Below, in pieces: positions 7,862 through 17,207 of a stretch of 64,000 bases of DNA (positions are counted from its first letter, which is position 1; each line of letters opens with the position of its first letter). The notes beneath the pieces were generated by a model. It saw only the letters and a list, made by a program, of their open reading frames with translations. It searched no databases and was not told the origin of the DNA. The stretch is from Thermoplasmata archaeon (lineage in GTDB: Archaea > Thermoplasmatota > Thermoplasmata > Lutacidiplasmatales > UBA184), in the NCBI GenBank assembly GCA_030040775.1, contig JASHTB010000009.1, positions 29,545-93,544 of the forward strand, in the 5' to 3' direction. The translations under genes and the position numbers were made by a program.

Positions 7862-8983
7862 ATGCGCGCGATTCTCGTTCGGCCGCCTGCCGCGGGCGTC
7901 GAGCTCGGCGACGTCCCGCTACCGGCGCTCAGCCCTGGGTCGGTGCGCGTCGGCGTGCTCGAATGCGGGGTCTGTGGCACGGACCACGACATCATGAGCG
8001 GTCGGTACGGAAAGGCCCCCTCGGGCGATCCCTACCTCGTCCTCGGGCACGAGAACCTCGGGCGCGTGCTCGAGGTCGCCTCCGGGGTCACCGGATTCGT
8101 TCGCGGGGACCTCGTGGTCGCGACCGTCCGCCGCGGATGCGGCCGGTGCCGGTTCTGTCGGACCAACCGGTCGGACTTCTGCGAGACCGGGCTCTACACC
8201 GAACGCGGCATTTCGGGCGCCCACGGCTTCATGGCCGACGAGTACGTCGAGATTCCCGAGTATCTCGTCCGGGTACCTCCCTCGCTCCGACCCGTCGCGG
8301 TCCTGCTCGAGCCGCTCAGCGTGGTCGAGAAGGCGGTCTTCCAGGGCCAGCGCGTGCTCGACCGGAAGGAGCCGACCCCCGGTGACCCGAAGACGGCGAC
8401 CCCGACGGCACTGGTCGCCGGGACCGGGGCGATCGGAATGCTCGCCACGTTCGTCCTGCGGGTTCGAGGCTACGAGGTGGTGGCGATCGACCGGCACGGT
8501 GAGGAAACGCTCGCGGCGACCCTGCTCGGCCTCGTCGGCGCGAGGCACGCGAACGTCGCCGGGGGGATGCAGGCGCTCGGGGATCAGACGTTCGACCTTG
8601 TCATCGAAGCGACCGGTTCGGTCGCGCTCGATTTCTCGCTCATCGACCGCCTCGGCCCGAACGGGGTGCTCGTCCTGACCGGGATCCCGGACGCGGGGGA
8701 GCCTCCCGCCTCCGTGGCCGGCGGAGCCCTCCTCCGCGACCTCGTCCTGGGAAACCAGGCGATCGTCGGGTCGGTCAACGCCAATCGTACCTACTTCGAG
8801 TCGGGCCTACGAGACCTGACGGTCTTCGAGGAGCGCTGGCCGGGCGCGGCCCCCCGGATGGTCTCCGCCCGTCGCCCGTTCGAGGAGTACCGAACCGTAC
8901 TCACGAGCCGGACGCCCGGGACGATCAAGTCGGTGCTCACCGTCCGGCCGGACGGGGCCCTCGCGCCCCCGGGTAGCCCCTAG
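7862..8983 (+). CDS. gdh: glucose 1-dehydrogenase, zinc-containing MDR family (archaeal type)
   Basis: CGVCGTD and LVLGHE zinc/catalytic motifs, structural-zinc Cys cluster (CGRCRFCRTNRSDFC), LEPLSVVEKAV block and IDRHGEE Rossmann region. Closely parallels Thermoplasma/Sulfolobus glucose dehydrogenases. Confidence 0.8.
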   Translation: MRAILVRPPAAGVELGDVPLPALSPGSVRVGVLECGVCGTDHDIMSGRYGKAPSGDPYLVLGHENLGRVLEVASGVTGFVRGDLVVATVRRGCGRCRFCRTNRSDFCETGLYTERGISGAHGFMADEYVEIPEYLVRVPPSLRPVAVLLEPLSVVEKAVFQGQRVLDRKEPTPGDPKTATPTALVAGTGAIGMLATFVLRVRGYEVVAIDRHGEETLAATLLGLVGARHANVAGGMQALGDQTFDLVIEATGSVALDFSLIDRLGPNGVLVLTGIPDAGEPPASVAGGALLRDLVLGNQAIVGSVNANRTYFESGLRDLTVFEERWPGAAPRMVSARRPFEEYRTVLTSRTPGTIKSVLTVRPDGALAPPGSP

Positions 8984-9040
8984 AAGGGTCCCCCGGGCTC
9001 CGCACAGCCCGGACGCGAGCGCCGCCGGCGCGCTCGGTCG

Positions 9041-9060
9041 TTGTCAAATGTCAAATAGGT
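9041..9060 (+). promoter_or_regulatory. TATA-like promoter element with tandem GTCAAAT repeat (ttGTCAAATGTCAAATAGGt) upstream of rps8e
   Basis: Only A/T-rich stretch in the 111-bp intergenic region. The TCAAATAGG end lies 36 nt before the rps8e ATG; the same AAATAGG core recurs 32 nt before rps12 (30775-30783). Confidence 0.45.
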
Positions 9061-9094
9061 CGCACCGCTCGCACGCATCCCGCTCGGAGGGACG

Positions 9095-9490
9095 ATGGGC
9101 ATCTGGCAGGGACGGTCACGGCGCAAGCGCACGGGCGGGCGTCTCCGGCCGATCCGTAAGAAGCGACGCTTCGAGATCGGCCGCGAGCTCCAGCACGCGA
9201 CGGTCGGCTCGGGAACGGTGAAGAAGTACCGGGTGCGCGGGCGTAACCTCAAGCTCCGCGTGCTCACGGTCCCGACGATCAACGTCTTCGACCCGGCGAC
9301 CCAGAAGATGCAGCCGGCGAAGATCGTCACCGTCCGCGAGAATCCGGCCAATCCGAACTACGTTCAGCGCAACATCATAACCCGGGGGGCGATTCTCGAG
9401 ACGGAGCTGGGGCTCGTACGGGTCCTCTCTCGCCCCGGACAGGACGGCGTGCTGAACGGGGTCCGCGTGGCCTCGCCCCCGTCGGCCTGA
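9095..9490 (+). CDS. rps8e: 30S ribosomal protein S8e
   Basis: MGIWQGRSRRKRTGGRLRPIRKKRRFEIGRE... is the hallmark S8e N-terminus; 131 aa. Confidence 0.9.
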   Translation: MGIWQGRSRRKRTGGRLRPIRKKRRFEIGRELQHATVGSGTVKKYRVRGRNLKLRVLTVPTINVFDPATQKMQPAKIVTVRENPANPNYVQRNIITRGAILETELGLVRVLSRPGQDGVLNGVRVASPPSA

Positions 9491-9509
9491 CGCGGACCGC
9501 GGCCCGCCG

Positions 9510-9809
9510 ATGCCCGACTATTTCTACGTCTACCCCGCCTACATCGCCCGCGGGCGCAGCCGGTCCGAGGGTCGGCGGATCCCCGAGGGTCTTGCGCTCT
9601 CCGAGCTGACGGCAGAGGAGATCGTGCAGGCGGCGAAGCGCCTCGGCTTTCGCGCCGAGGTCGAAATCGAGAAGCAGTTTCCCCACGACGTGCCAGCCTA
9701 CCTCGGCCGCGTGAAGGTCATGAAATCATCGGGCATGACGAAGGGGAAGTTCCTCCGTGCGGTCGCCACGGAGCTCTCGAAGCAGCGGGCCGCCGGAGGT
9801 AAGCGCTAG
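9510..9809 (+). CDS. srp19: signal recognition particle 19 kDa protein
   Basis: YPAYIARGRSRSEGRRIPEGLAL ... AAKRLG pattern of archaeal SRP19; about 100 aa; classic rps8e-srp19 adjacency. Confidence 0.8.
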   Translation: MPDYFYVYPAYIARGRSRSEGRRIPEGLALSELTAEEIVQAAKRLGFRAEVEIEKQFPHDVPAYLGRVKVMKSSGMTKGKFLRAVATELSKQRAAGGKR

Positions 9810-9813
9810 ACCT

Positions 9814-10605
9814 ATGGAGGAGCCCGGGACCATCTACTTCACCGGCACCGCCGGTGCCGGGAAATCGTCGCTCGTCCGGGCGTTTGCTTCCTGGACGAAG
9901 AGCGCAGGGTACGACGCGCTCGTGGTCAATCTCGACCCGGGCAGCGAGGAGGAAGAGGGCAGCTCCGACGTCGACATCCGCGAGTGGGTCCGTCTCGCCG
10001 ACCTTCAGGACGAGTACGGACTCGGTCCGAACGGGGCCCAGGTCGCGGCGGCCGACATGATCGCGCTCAAGGTTTTCGAGGTGAAGCAGGCGATCCAGGA
10101 GCTCAAGAGCGACTACATCCTCATCGACACCCCGGGCCAGATCGAGCTGTTCGCCTTCCGCGAAGCCTCGAAGGCGATCGTGGAGGCGCTGAGCGGAGAC
10201 CGGTCGACCCTCGCCTTCCTGTTCGACCCTGCGCTCGCGCGCACGCCCGGCGGGTTCGTTTCCCTCCTGATGCTCAGCGCGACCCTGGAATTTCGCTTCC
10301 GGCTCCCGCTCGTGAACATCCTGTCGAAATCGGACGTCCTCACCCCGGAGCAGCTCGCCGAGGTCTCGGGCTGGTCGGACGAACCCGGTCGGCTCTACGA
10401 GGCGGTCAGCCGGGACGTGCCGACGCCGGACGTACAGCTCTCCACCGAGCTCTTCCGCGCCATTGAGGTGATGGGGCCTCTCGGGGGACTCGTCCCCACG
10501 TCGGCGAAGGAAGGCACGGGTATGGAGGAGCTCTACCAGTCGTTCCAGCGTGTCTTCGGCGGAGGGGAGGACCTCGAGCTGTCGCATGCTCCGTCGAGCG
10601 ACTGA
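9814..10605 (+). CDS. GPN-loop GTPase (XAB1/Npa3-like ATP/GTP-binding protein)
   Basis: Walker A GTAGAGKSS, signature GPNG (YGLGPNGAQV), DTPGQIE. Start placed at the ATG 5 nt after the srp19 stop (track ORF begins further upstream at 9757, overlapping srp19). Confidence 0.8.
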   Translation: MEEPGTIYFTGTAGAGKSSLVRAFASWTKSAGYDALVVNLDPGSEEEEGSSDVDIREWVRLADLQDEYGLGPNGAQVAAADMIALKVFEVKQAIQELKSDYILIDTPGQIELFAFREASKAIVEALSGDRSTLAFLFDPALARTPGGFVSLLMLSATLEFRFRLPLVNILSKSDVLTPEQLAEVSGWSDEPGRLYEAVSRDVPTPDVQLSTELFRAIEVMGPLGGLVPTSAKEGTGMEELYQSFQRVFGGGEDLELSHAPSSD

Positions 10606-10608
10606 CGA

Positions 10609-10911
10609 CTACTCCTCGGTAAAGAACAGGCCCATCCCGGCCGACGCCCGGTCCCGCTCGTCCTCAAACCGCCGGTGGAGGCGTTCCGCCTCCGGCGGTG
10701 GCAGGCGGGTCCCAACCGAACTGAGGAGTTCCTCGGCGCGCCGGACCGCCTCGGCCGACCCTTCGATGAGGACGTACGTCGCGTCGGCCGGACCGTCGAG
10801 GGCCTTCGCCTCCCGCACGGTCTGGCTCTGCCGGGAAACGAGGTCGTCCTTCAGGACGGCGTCGAGCTCCGCCCGCTTCGCCGACGGAACGGAAAAGATC
10901 GTCCAGGCCAT
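10609..10911 (-). CDS. hypothetical small soluble protein (100 aa)
   Basis: C-terminal 100 codons of a 254-codon track ORF; only this part (MAWTIFSVPSAKRAELDAVLKDDLVSRQ...GMGLFFTEE) has protein-like composition and does not overlap TraB. Divergent from the TraB gene. Confidence 0.4.
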   Translation of the reverse strand: MAWTIFSVPSAKRAELDAVLKDDLVSRQSQTVREAKALDGPADATYVLIEGSAEAVRRAEELLSSVGTRLPPPEAERLHRRFEDERDRASAGMGLFFTEE

Positions 10912-10963
10912 CGGGCGGGGCGACTCCGCCGCCCTATTTGGCCGTTCGCGATAGCGTACGGCC

Positions 10964-11707
10964 ATGAGGGCTTCGGGCCTCGCCCCCGGCGTGTACGCTT
11001 CGACCACCGAAGCGCCCGTCCTCGTCGTCGGGGCTGCGCACGTCGTGGACCTCCGCGAGCCGCTCCGCCGCGTCCTCGGTCCTCGGGACCTCGACGCCGT
11101 CGCGATCGAGCTCGACCGGGAGAGGGCCGAGGTGCTGCTCGCACCCGACCCCGAGGCCCGCCGACGGACCGGCGGTCCTCTCTTCGCCCGACTGTGGGCC
11201 GTCGTGCAGCGCCGTCTCGGTTCCGAGATCGGAGGGAGCACCCCCGGGGCCGAGATGAGGGCAGCGGCCTCCGTCGCCCGCGAGCGCGGCCTCCCGGTGT
11301 TCCTGATCGACGACCCGATCCGCGAGACGCTCCGCCGGCTTGTCCTCGCGATCCCGCTGAAGGAGCGCGTCACCCTCCTGGTCGGCGCGGTCGTGGGGCT
11401 ATTCGTCCCCGCGCGTGTGGTCGAGCGGGAGCTCGACCGCTACGTGGAGGCTCCCGAGGAGTACACGGGGGAGCTGCGGCGGGCCAGCCCGACGATGGCG
11501 CGGGTGCTCCTCGACGAACGAAACGAGCACATGGCCGACCGCCTCGCTCAGTTGCGAGGGCGCGGCTTCGGCCGGATCGCGGTCGTCGTGGGAGACGCCC
11601 ACGTGCCGGGTCTCACGAACGCGCTCAAGCGCCGCGGAATCCCGGTCGAGGCGGTTCCGTTTCGGGACCTGCGCGAGGTTACAGCGTCCGGACCGAGCGC
11701 TGCGTGA
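10964..11707 (+). CDS. TraB/PrgY/GumN-family protein
   Basis: VLVVGAAHV...IELDRERAEVL N-terminal block and C-terminal IAVVVGDAHVPGL block typical of the TraB family (Tiki/erythromycin-esterase-like metallohydrolase fold). Confidence 0.65.
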   Translation: MRASGLAPGVYASTTEAPVLVVGAAHVVDLREPLRRVLGPRDLDAVAIELDRERAEVLLAPDPEARRRTGGPLFARLWAVVQRRLGSEIGGSTPGAEMRAAASVARERGLPVFLIDDPIRETLRRLVLAIPLKERVTLLVGAVVGLFVPARVVERELDRYVEAPEEYTGELRRASPTMARVLLDERNEHMADRLAQLRGRGFGRIAVVVGDAHVPGLTNALKRRGIPVEAVPFRDLREVTASGPSAA

Positions 11708-12479
11708 CCTCGTCGACCGAGTGGGCGAACGCGTCGGCGAGCCGGGCGAGCTCGGGGGACGCGAGCTCCTCGAGGCGACCGGCGTCCGATAGCTCGGAGA
11801 TCGAGGGAACCACCGGTAGCTGCCCGAGAACGGGGATCCCGTACTCGGCTCCGACCGTCGGGACCCGGCTGGGACCGAAGAGCTCGATCCGCTGCCCGCA
11901 GTGAGGACAGGCGATCCACGCCATGTTGTCCACCACCCCCAGGAGGGGAACGTGGAGGTCGCGGGCCATGTTCATCGCCTTCTTCACGATGAGCGCCGCG
12001 AGGTCCTGCGGCGTGAGCACGAAGATCATGCCGTCGATCGGGATCGTCTGGAAGACCGTCAACGGCACATCGCTCGTCCCGGGCGGCATGTCGATGAGGA
12101 GGTAGTCGAGCGCGCCCCAGTTGACCCCGCCGAAGAACTGCGTGATGAGCCGGGTGACGAGCGGCCCCCGCCAGATCACCGGCGTCTGCTCGTCCTCGAC
12201 CATGAACTGGGAGGAGACGACCGAGATACCGGTCCGGGAGGCCGCCGGCTCGATCCCCTCGCCCCGGTCGACGAGAGGGCCCGAGAGCCCGTAGAGCTTG
12301 GGGATCGACGGACCGGTGATGTCCGCGTCCAAGACCCCCACTTGGAGTCCCCGGCGCCGGAGCTCGGCCGCGAGGAGGGCGGTGACCGACGACTTTCCGA
12401 CGCCGCCCTTGCCGCTGCCGACCGCGACGACGTGGCGGATCCGACCCTTGTCCATCCGCTGCAACACCCCGCGTCCCAT
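11679..12479 (-). CDS. apbC: Mrp/NBP35-family iron-sulfur cluster carrier ATPase (ApbC)
   Basis: Deviant Walker A GSGKGGVGKSS, DADITGPS, and CPHCG motif. Start set at ATG 12479 (track ORF extends to 12551). Confidence 0.85.
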   Translation of the reverse strand: MGRGVLQRMDKGRIRHVVAVGSGKGGVGKSSVTALLAAELRRRGLQVGVLDADITGPSIPKLYGLSGPLVDRGEGIEPAASRTGISVVSSQFMVEDEQTPVIWRGPLVTRLITQFFGGVNWGALDYLLIDMPPGTSDVPLTVFQTIPIDGMIFVLTPQDLAALIVKKAMNMARDLHVPLLGVVDNMAWIACPHCGQRIELFGPSRVPTVGAEYGIPVLGQLPVVPSISELSDAGRLEELASPELARLADAFAHSVDEVTQRSVRTL

Positions 12480-12616
12480 CGCGCGGGCCGCCGCCGCGGA
12501 GGGCGGCACGGACGTCGGACGGGTTCCCGGAGCGTCGCCGGAGGGTGCCATTCCTCCTCGAACGGAGACGTTGCTATATAACGGACGACCGTCCCGCCGT
12601 GCGCCGTGGGGTTCCG

Positions 12617-14752
12617 ATGAGCGTCGGCGAGTCCGAGGAGCTCAAGGAGCTGTTCCGCCCAAGTTCAATCGCGGTCATCGGCGCGTCCAACAAGCCGGGC
12701 AGGGTCGGGACGACGCTCTTTCGTAACCTGCTCGAGGCCGGGTTCCGGGGGGTCGCTTACCCGGTCAACCCGTCGTGGAAGAGCGTCTCGGGGGTCCGAT
12801 GCTACCCGCATGTGGGGGACCTCCCCGAACCGCCCGAGCTAGGCATCGTCGTCGTTCCGGCGCCGCTCGTCCCCGACGAGGTCGACGAGCTCGGTCGCGC
12901 CGGTACGAAGGGGCTCGTGGTCGTCTCCGCCGGCTTCCGCGAGGTCGGCGAAGCCGGGGCCGCGCTCGAGGCCGAGGTGGTGAGACGAGCCACGAAGTAC
13001 CGAATGTCGCTCGTAGGGCCCAACTGCTTCGGCGTGCTCAACACCGACCCCGAGGTCAGCCTCAACGCGACGTTCAGCGAGAACCTTCCGCCGCGGGGGA
13101 ACATCGCGTTCGTCTCCCAGAGCGGCGCACTCTGCGCCGGCATCCTCGCGTACGGGATCGCCGAGCGGATCGGGTTCTCCCGGTTCGTCTCGGTCGGCAA
13201 TCGCGCCGGGGTCGACGAGAACGACCTCCTTCGCTCGCTCGGTCAGGACCCGGCGACCCGAGTGATCCTGCTCTACGTCGAGAGCCTCGCGGACGGCCGG
13301 CGGTTCTTGGAAACGGCCCGGGATGTCACCGAGAAGAAGCCGGTGCTCGTGATCAAGAGCGGACGCACGCCCGCCGGCGAACGGGCCGCACGGAGCCACA
13401 CCGGCTCCCTGGCCCAGTCAGGCCGCGACCAGCTGTACGACGCGCTCTTCGAGCAGTCCGGGGTCCTTCGCGCCGATACGCTGGGAGACCTGTTCCGTGC
13501 CGCGAAGATCTTCGCCACCGGTCTCACCCTCGACGGGCCGCGGCTCATCATCCTGACGAACTCCGGTGGGCCGGGCATCGTCGCGGCGGACGCGGCGATT
13601 CGCCACGGGCTCGAGCTGCCGTCCCTGCCCGAAGCGGCCCGACAGGAGGTCGCGCGCCGTCTTCCGTCGATCGCGACGGTCTCGAACCCGCTCGACATGA
13701 CCGCCGAGGCCGGGGCGGACGCGTACCGGGAGACGCTCACGATGCTGCTCGCTTCGCCGGACATCCATGCGGCGCTCGTCATCGCCACTCCCGCCGCCAT
13801 CATGAGCGGGGAGGCGGTCGCCCGGGCGATCCTCGACGTCAAGAGCAAGACCTCGAAGCCGATCGTCAGCTGCCTGTTCGGCCTCACCGACCTCTCCCGG
13901 GAAGTTCAGTTGTTGGAGGACGGAGGGGTGCCGACGTTCACCTTCCCCGAGGAGGCCGTTCAAGGGTTGGGCAGTCTCGCGCGCTACCAGGCCTGGAAGG
14001 TCCGGCCGCGCGTCCCCGTGAGGAAGTTCCCGGTGGACCTGGAGGCCGTGCGCAGGACCCTCACCGCCGCCGCTCGAAGCGAAGTGACCGTTCTCCCCGA
14101 GTACGCGGCTCGCTCGTTGGTCGCCGCCTACGGCATCGCGTTTCCGGCGGTCGCTCGGGTCACGACGGTCGAGGAGGCGGTCCAGGCCGCCGAGCGAATC
14201 GGCTACCCAGTCGTCCTCAAGGTCGCCTCCGCCGACATCTCCCACAAGACCGACGTGGGAGGGGTGCTGCTCGGTCTTTCTGACGGCGGGATGGTGCGGG
14301 ACGCTTGGCAGCGGATGCACGAGTCGCTGCGGATCGCAGCGCCGACCGCCCGGATCGAGGGGTTCGAGATCGAGGCGCAGATCTCCGGCGGGAAGGAGGT
14401 ACTCGTGGGCGTCCAGCGAGACCCGGGGTTCGGCCCGATCGTCGTCTTCGGGATAGGCGGGATCTACGTCGAGGTACTGCGGGACGTCACGTTCCGACTC
14501 GCCCCGGTCCGGCCGCTCTCCGCGGAGCACATGGTCCGGTCGATCAAGGCGTTCCCCCTTCTCCAGGGCGTCCGGGGCGAGCCCGCGAGCGACCTTCCCG
14601 CGCTCGAGGAGGCGATCGAACGGGTCTCTCAGCTTGCGATCGACCTGCCCGAGGTCAGCGAGCTCGACCTGAACCCGCTCATCGTCCGGCCCGCCGGGAA
14701 GGGCGTCGTCGCGGTCGACGCCCGGGTCGTGCTCGCTCCGTCTTCCAGATAG
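12617..14752 (+). CDS. acd: acetyl-CoA synthetase (ADP-forming), fused alpha-beta subunits (NDP-forming acyl-CoA synthetase)
   Basis: CoA-binding N-domain (SIAVIGASNKPGRVG), ligase-CoA domain with conserved His region (ARSHTGSLA), and ATP-grasp domain (GYPVVLK...DVGGV). Start at ATG 12617. Confidence 0.85.
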   Translation: MSVGESEELKELFRPSSIAVIGASNKPGRVGTTLFRNLLEAGFRGVAYPVNPSWKSVSGVRCYPHVGDLPEPPELGIVVVPAPLVPDEVDELGRAGTKGLVVVSAGFREVGEAGAALEAEVVRRATKYRMSLVGPNCFGVLNTDPEVSLNATFSENLPPRGNIAFVSQSGALCAGILAYGIAERIGFSRFVSVGNRAGVDENDLLRSLGQDPATRVILLYVESLADGRRFLETARDVTEKKPVLVIKSGRTPAGERAARSHTGSLAQSGRDQLYDALFEQSGVLRADTLGDLFRAAKIFATGLTLDGPRLIILTNSGGPGIVAADAAIRHGLELPSLPEAARQEVARRLPSIATVSNPLDMTAEAGADAYRETLTMLLASPDIHAALVIATPAAIMSGEAVARAILDVKSKTSKPIVSCLFGLTDLSREVQLLEDGGVPTFTFPEEAVQGLGSLARYQAWKVRPRVPVRKFPVDLEAVRRTLTAAARSEVTVLPEYAARSLVAAYGIAFPAVARVTTVEEAVQAAERIGYPVVLKVASADISHKTDVGGVLLGLSDGGMVRDAWQRMHESLRIAAPTARIEGFEIEAQISGGKEVLVGVQRDPGFGPIVVFGIGGIYVEVLRDVTFRLAPVRPLSAEHMVRSIKAFPLLQGVRGEPASDLPALEEAIERVSQLAIDLPEVSELDLNPLIVRPAGKGVVAVDARVVLAPSSR

Positions 14753-15101
14753 GCACGACCGACTTCAGCTCCTCGATCAGGTAGCGGGCGGCGGCGAACG
14801 CTTCGGCCCGATGGGGAGTCGCGACTCCCACAATGACGGAGACCTCCCCGACCCCGAGCCGACCGACCCGGTGCCAAAGCACGACCTGTCGCGCCCGGAA
14901 TCGTCGTCGAGAGTCTCGTTCGAGCTCCTGGAGCCGAGCGAGGGCCGGGGCCCGGTGGACTTCGTAGTCGAGCGCCACGACCCGACCGGCGCGGGTCCGG
15001 CCCGGCCGGACGCGCCCGGCGAACAGCACCACGCCTCCTGCCCCTTCCACCTCGAGCGTCCGCATCGCGTGCGCCACGGAGAGAGGGTGGGCGGTGAGCA
15101 A
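14679..15101 (-). CDS. moaE: molybdopterin synthase catalytic subunit MoaE
   Basis: HPLSVAHAMRTLEVEGAGGVVLFAGRVR ... VVPIWKTE matches MoaE. Likely start is TTG 15101 or ATG 15065; the track ORF to 15248 is upstream read-through in the same frame. C-terminal 74 nt overlap the convergent acd 3' end. Confidence 0.7.
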   Translation of the reverse strand: MLTAHPLSVAHAMRTLEVEGAGGVVLFAGRVRPGRTRAGRVVALDYEVHRAPALARLQELERDSRRRFRARQVVLWHRVGRLGVGEVSVIVGVATPHRAEAFAAARYLIEELKSVVPIWKTERARPGRRPRRRPSRRAGR

Positions 15102-15111
15102 AACCGGCAGG

Positions 15112-15378
15112 TCAACCGCCTCCGTACGGCGGGTGGACCGCAAACTCGTCACCCGGACGGACCAAAGTGCGGCCGTTCCCGAGATACCGGCCGTTCCGAA
15201 CGAACCGGCTCGTCCGAAGCGTCGGCTTGAGCTTCGGGAACTCTGCACCGAGCCGGCGCACCAGTTCCTCCGCGAGGACCCCGGAACTTGGTACGGGCCA
15301 GTCGAGCGAGGACCGGCCGACGGCCTGCCGGGCCGAGGCGAAAAGGAGCACCCTCACCGTGGGGCTCGTTCGTGCCAT
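15112..15378 (-). CDS. moaD: MoaD/ThiS-family sulfur carrier protein
   Basis: 88-aa beta-grasp protein ending in Gly-Gly-Gly (VHPPYGGG); immediately upstream of moaE. Confidence 0.7.
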   Translation of the reverse strand: MARTSPTVRVLLFASARQAVGRSSLDWPVPSSGVLAEELVRRLGAEFPKLKPTLRTSRFVRNGRYLGNGRTLVRPGDEFAVHPPYGGG

Positions 15379-15466
15379 CGTGCCGCTCCACAGCGGGGTA
15401 CGCTAAAACTTATGTCAACTCGATTGACCGCACCCGATTAATACGGTCGGCCGTTGAATCACCTCC

Positions 15467-17206
15467 ATGACCGAGATCGGGGTCCGTATCGGCGGCCAGG
15501 CAGGAGACGGGATCGCCTCGATCGGCGAGTCGGTCGCCCGCAGCTTCTCCCGTATGGGGCTTCACGTCTTCGCGCACAACGCCTACCAATCGGTGATCCG
15601 CGGCGGACACGTCTGGTTCCAGGCGCGAGCCTCGGACGGACGTCCGTATTCGCCGGGCGACTCGGCCGACATCCTCTACGCGCTCGACCGCGCGACCGTG
15701 GACATCCATGCCCCCAGCATCCGTCCCGGCGGCACGGTCGTTTACGACCCAGAGAAGTTCTCGCTCCCGGAATCGGGTCTCCCTTCCGGCGTGAGGGCTC
15801 TCGAGGTTCCGACGCTCGCGATGGCTCGGAAGTACACAAGCCAGTCGATCCTGCAGAACGCCGGGGGGATTGGAGCCACGGCGTTCGTCGCTGGGATCCC
15901 GCTCGACCTGCTCCACCAGGTGCTCAGCGACTCGTTCGGGAAGAAGGCGGGTGAGATCGTCGACTGGAACCTCGGAGCGAGCGCCGCGGGCTACCATCAC
16001 GCCGAAACCCATTGGAGCGTCCACCCTCACGCGCTCGCGAAGAGGGGGGCTCCGAAGCTCCTGATGACCGGGAACTCAGCGATCGCTCTCGGAGCGGCCG
16101 CGGCGGGATGCAAGTTCCTCGCCCAGTACCCGATGACCCCGGCCTCCTCGATCATGCACTGGATGGCCGCGCACTCCCACACGCTCGGGATCGTCGTGAA
16201 GCAGGCCGAAGACGAGCTCGCCGCGGTCAACATGGCGATCGGCGCGTCGTACGCCGGCGTGCGGGCGATGACTGCGACCAGCGGAGGCGGCTTCTCCCTG
16301 ATGGTCGAAGCGCTCGGGATGGCCGGGATGACCGAGACCCCGGTCGTGGTCGTCGACTCCCAACGCGCCGGGCCTTCGACGGGGCTCCCGACGAAGACCG
16401 AACAGGGGGACCTCAACCTGATGCTCGGGGCCGGGCAGGGGGAGTTCCCGCGTGCGATCCTCGCGCCGTCCAACCCCGCCGAGGCGTTTCATGCCATGAT
16501 CGATGCGTTCCGACTCGCCGAGGAGTTCCAGACCCCGGTTTTGGTGGCGAGCGACTTTCACCTCTCGGAGGACTTCATGACGGTTGACCGAGAGGAGGTC
16601 GACTTCAACGTCCCGGTGCCTTCGTTGTTCACGGTCCCTCCGGGAGAACCGAACTATCTACGCTACCAATACACGGAATCCGGAGTTTCACCGCGGGCGA
16701 TTCCCGGCCAGCCCGGACTGCAGTTCGTCGCCGGTTCGGACGAGCACGACGAGCGCGGGCACCTCGTCTCGGATGTGCACGCCGGGATCCCGCGGTTCGT
16801 GTCCGAGCGACAGCGGATGATGGAGAAGCGGATGAAGAAGCTCGACGGCTTGGCGCGCTCGGCACCTCCTCCCGTCCTCGAGGGGCCACCGGAGGCCCCG
16901 CTCACGTTCGTGTCGTGGGGATCGACCGTGGGCGCGGTCCGGGACGCCCGCGAAGAGCTGACAGAGCGCGGTAAGGTGACCAACCTCCTTCGGTTCCCCA
17001 CCGTCTACCCGTTTCCGGCCGAACCGACCCGGTCGCTTCTCGCGAAGGCGAAGCGCACGCTCTTGGTCGAAGCGAACTACTCCGGCCAGTTCGGCCGGCT
17101 TCTGCGCGCGGAAACCGGCTTCGCCTGCTCCGACCGCTTGCTCAAATACGACGGCGAGCCATTCCATCCCCACGAGATCGTGGCGCGCGCGCTCGAGGTG
17201 ATGTAG
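15467..17206 (+). CDS. korA: 2-oxoacid:ferredoxin oxidoreductase, alpha subunit (fused gamma-alpha type)
   Basis: 579 aa; N-terminal gamma-like domain (GGQAGDGIAS), transketolase-like pyrimidine-binding domain (MTGNSAIALGAAAAGCKF...YPMTPAS). Two-subunit OFOR architecture as in Sulfolobus/Thermoplasma. Confidence 0.85.
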   Translation: MTEIGVRIGGQAGDGIASIGESVARSFSRMGLHVFAHNAYQSVIRGGHVWFQARASDGRPYSPGDSADILYALDRATVDIHAPSIRPGGTVVYDPEKFSLPESGLPSGVRALEVPTLAMARKYTSQSILQNAGGIGATAFVAGIPLDLLHQVLSDSFGKKAGEIVDWNLGASAAGYHHAETHWSVHPHALAKRGAPKLLMTGNSAIALGAAAAGCKFLAQYPMTPASSIMHWMAAHSHTLGIVVKQAEDELAAVNMAIGASYAGVRAMTATSGGGFSLMVEALGMAGMTETPVVVVDSQRAGPSTGLPTKTEQGDLNLMLGAGQGEFPRAILAPSNPAEAFHAMIDAFRLAEEFQTPVLVASDFHLSEDFMTVDREEVDFNVPVPSLFTVPPGEPNYLRYQYTESGVSPRAIPGQPGLQFVAGSDEHDERGHLVSDVHAGIPRFVSERQRMMEKRMKKLDGLARSAPPPVLEGPPEAPLTFVSWGSTVGAVRDAREELTERGKVTNLLRFPTVYPFPAEPTRSLLAKAKRTLLVEANYSGQFGRLLRAETGFACSDRLLKYDGEPFHPHEIVARALEVM

Positions 17207-17207
17207 G

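Noticed and set aside
15101-15116. GTGA-type start/stop overlap between moaD and moaE
   Set aside because: The in-frame codon at 15116 is GTT, not GTG. moaE more likely starts at TTG 15101 or ATG 15065, so there is no overlap.
15378-15467. cacctcc immediately before the korA ATG as a Shine-Dalgarno site
   Set aside because: CACCTCC is the anti-SD sequence itself, not its complement, so it cannot pair with the 16S 3' end. korA is more likely served by the A/T-rich boxes (gctaaaacttatg / cgattaatacgg) upstream as a leaderless or short-leader transcript.
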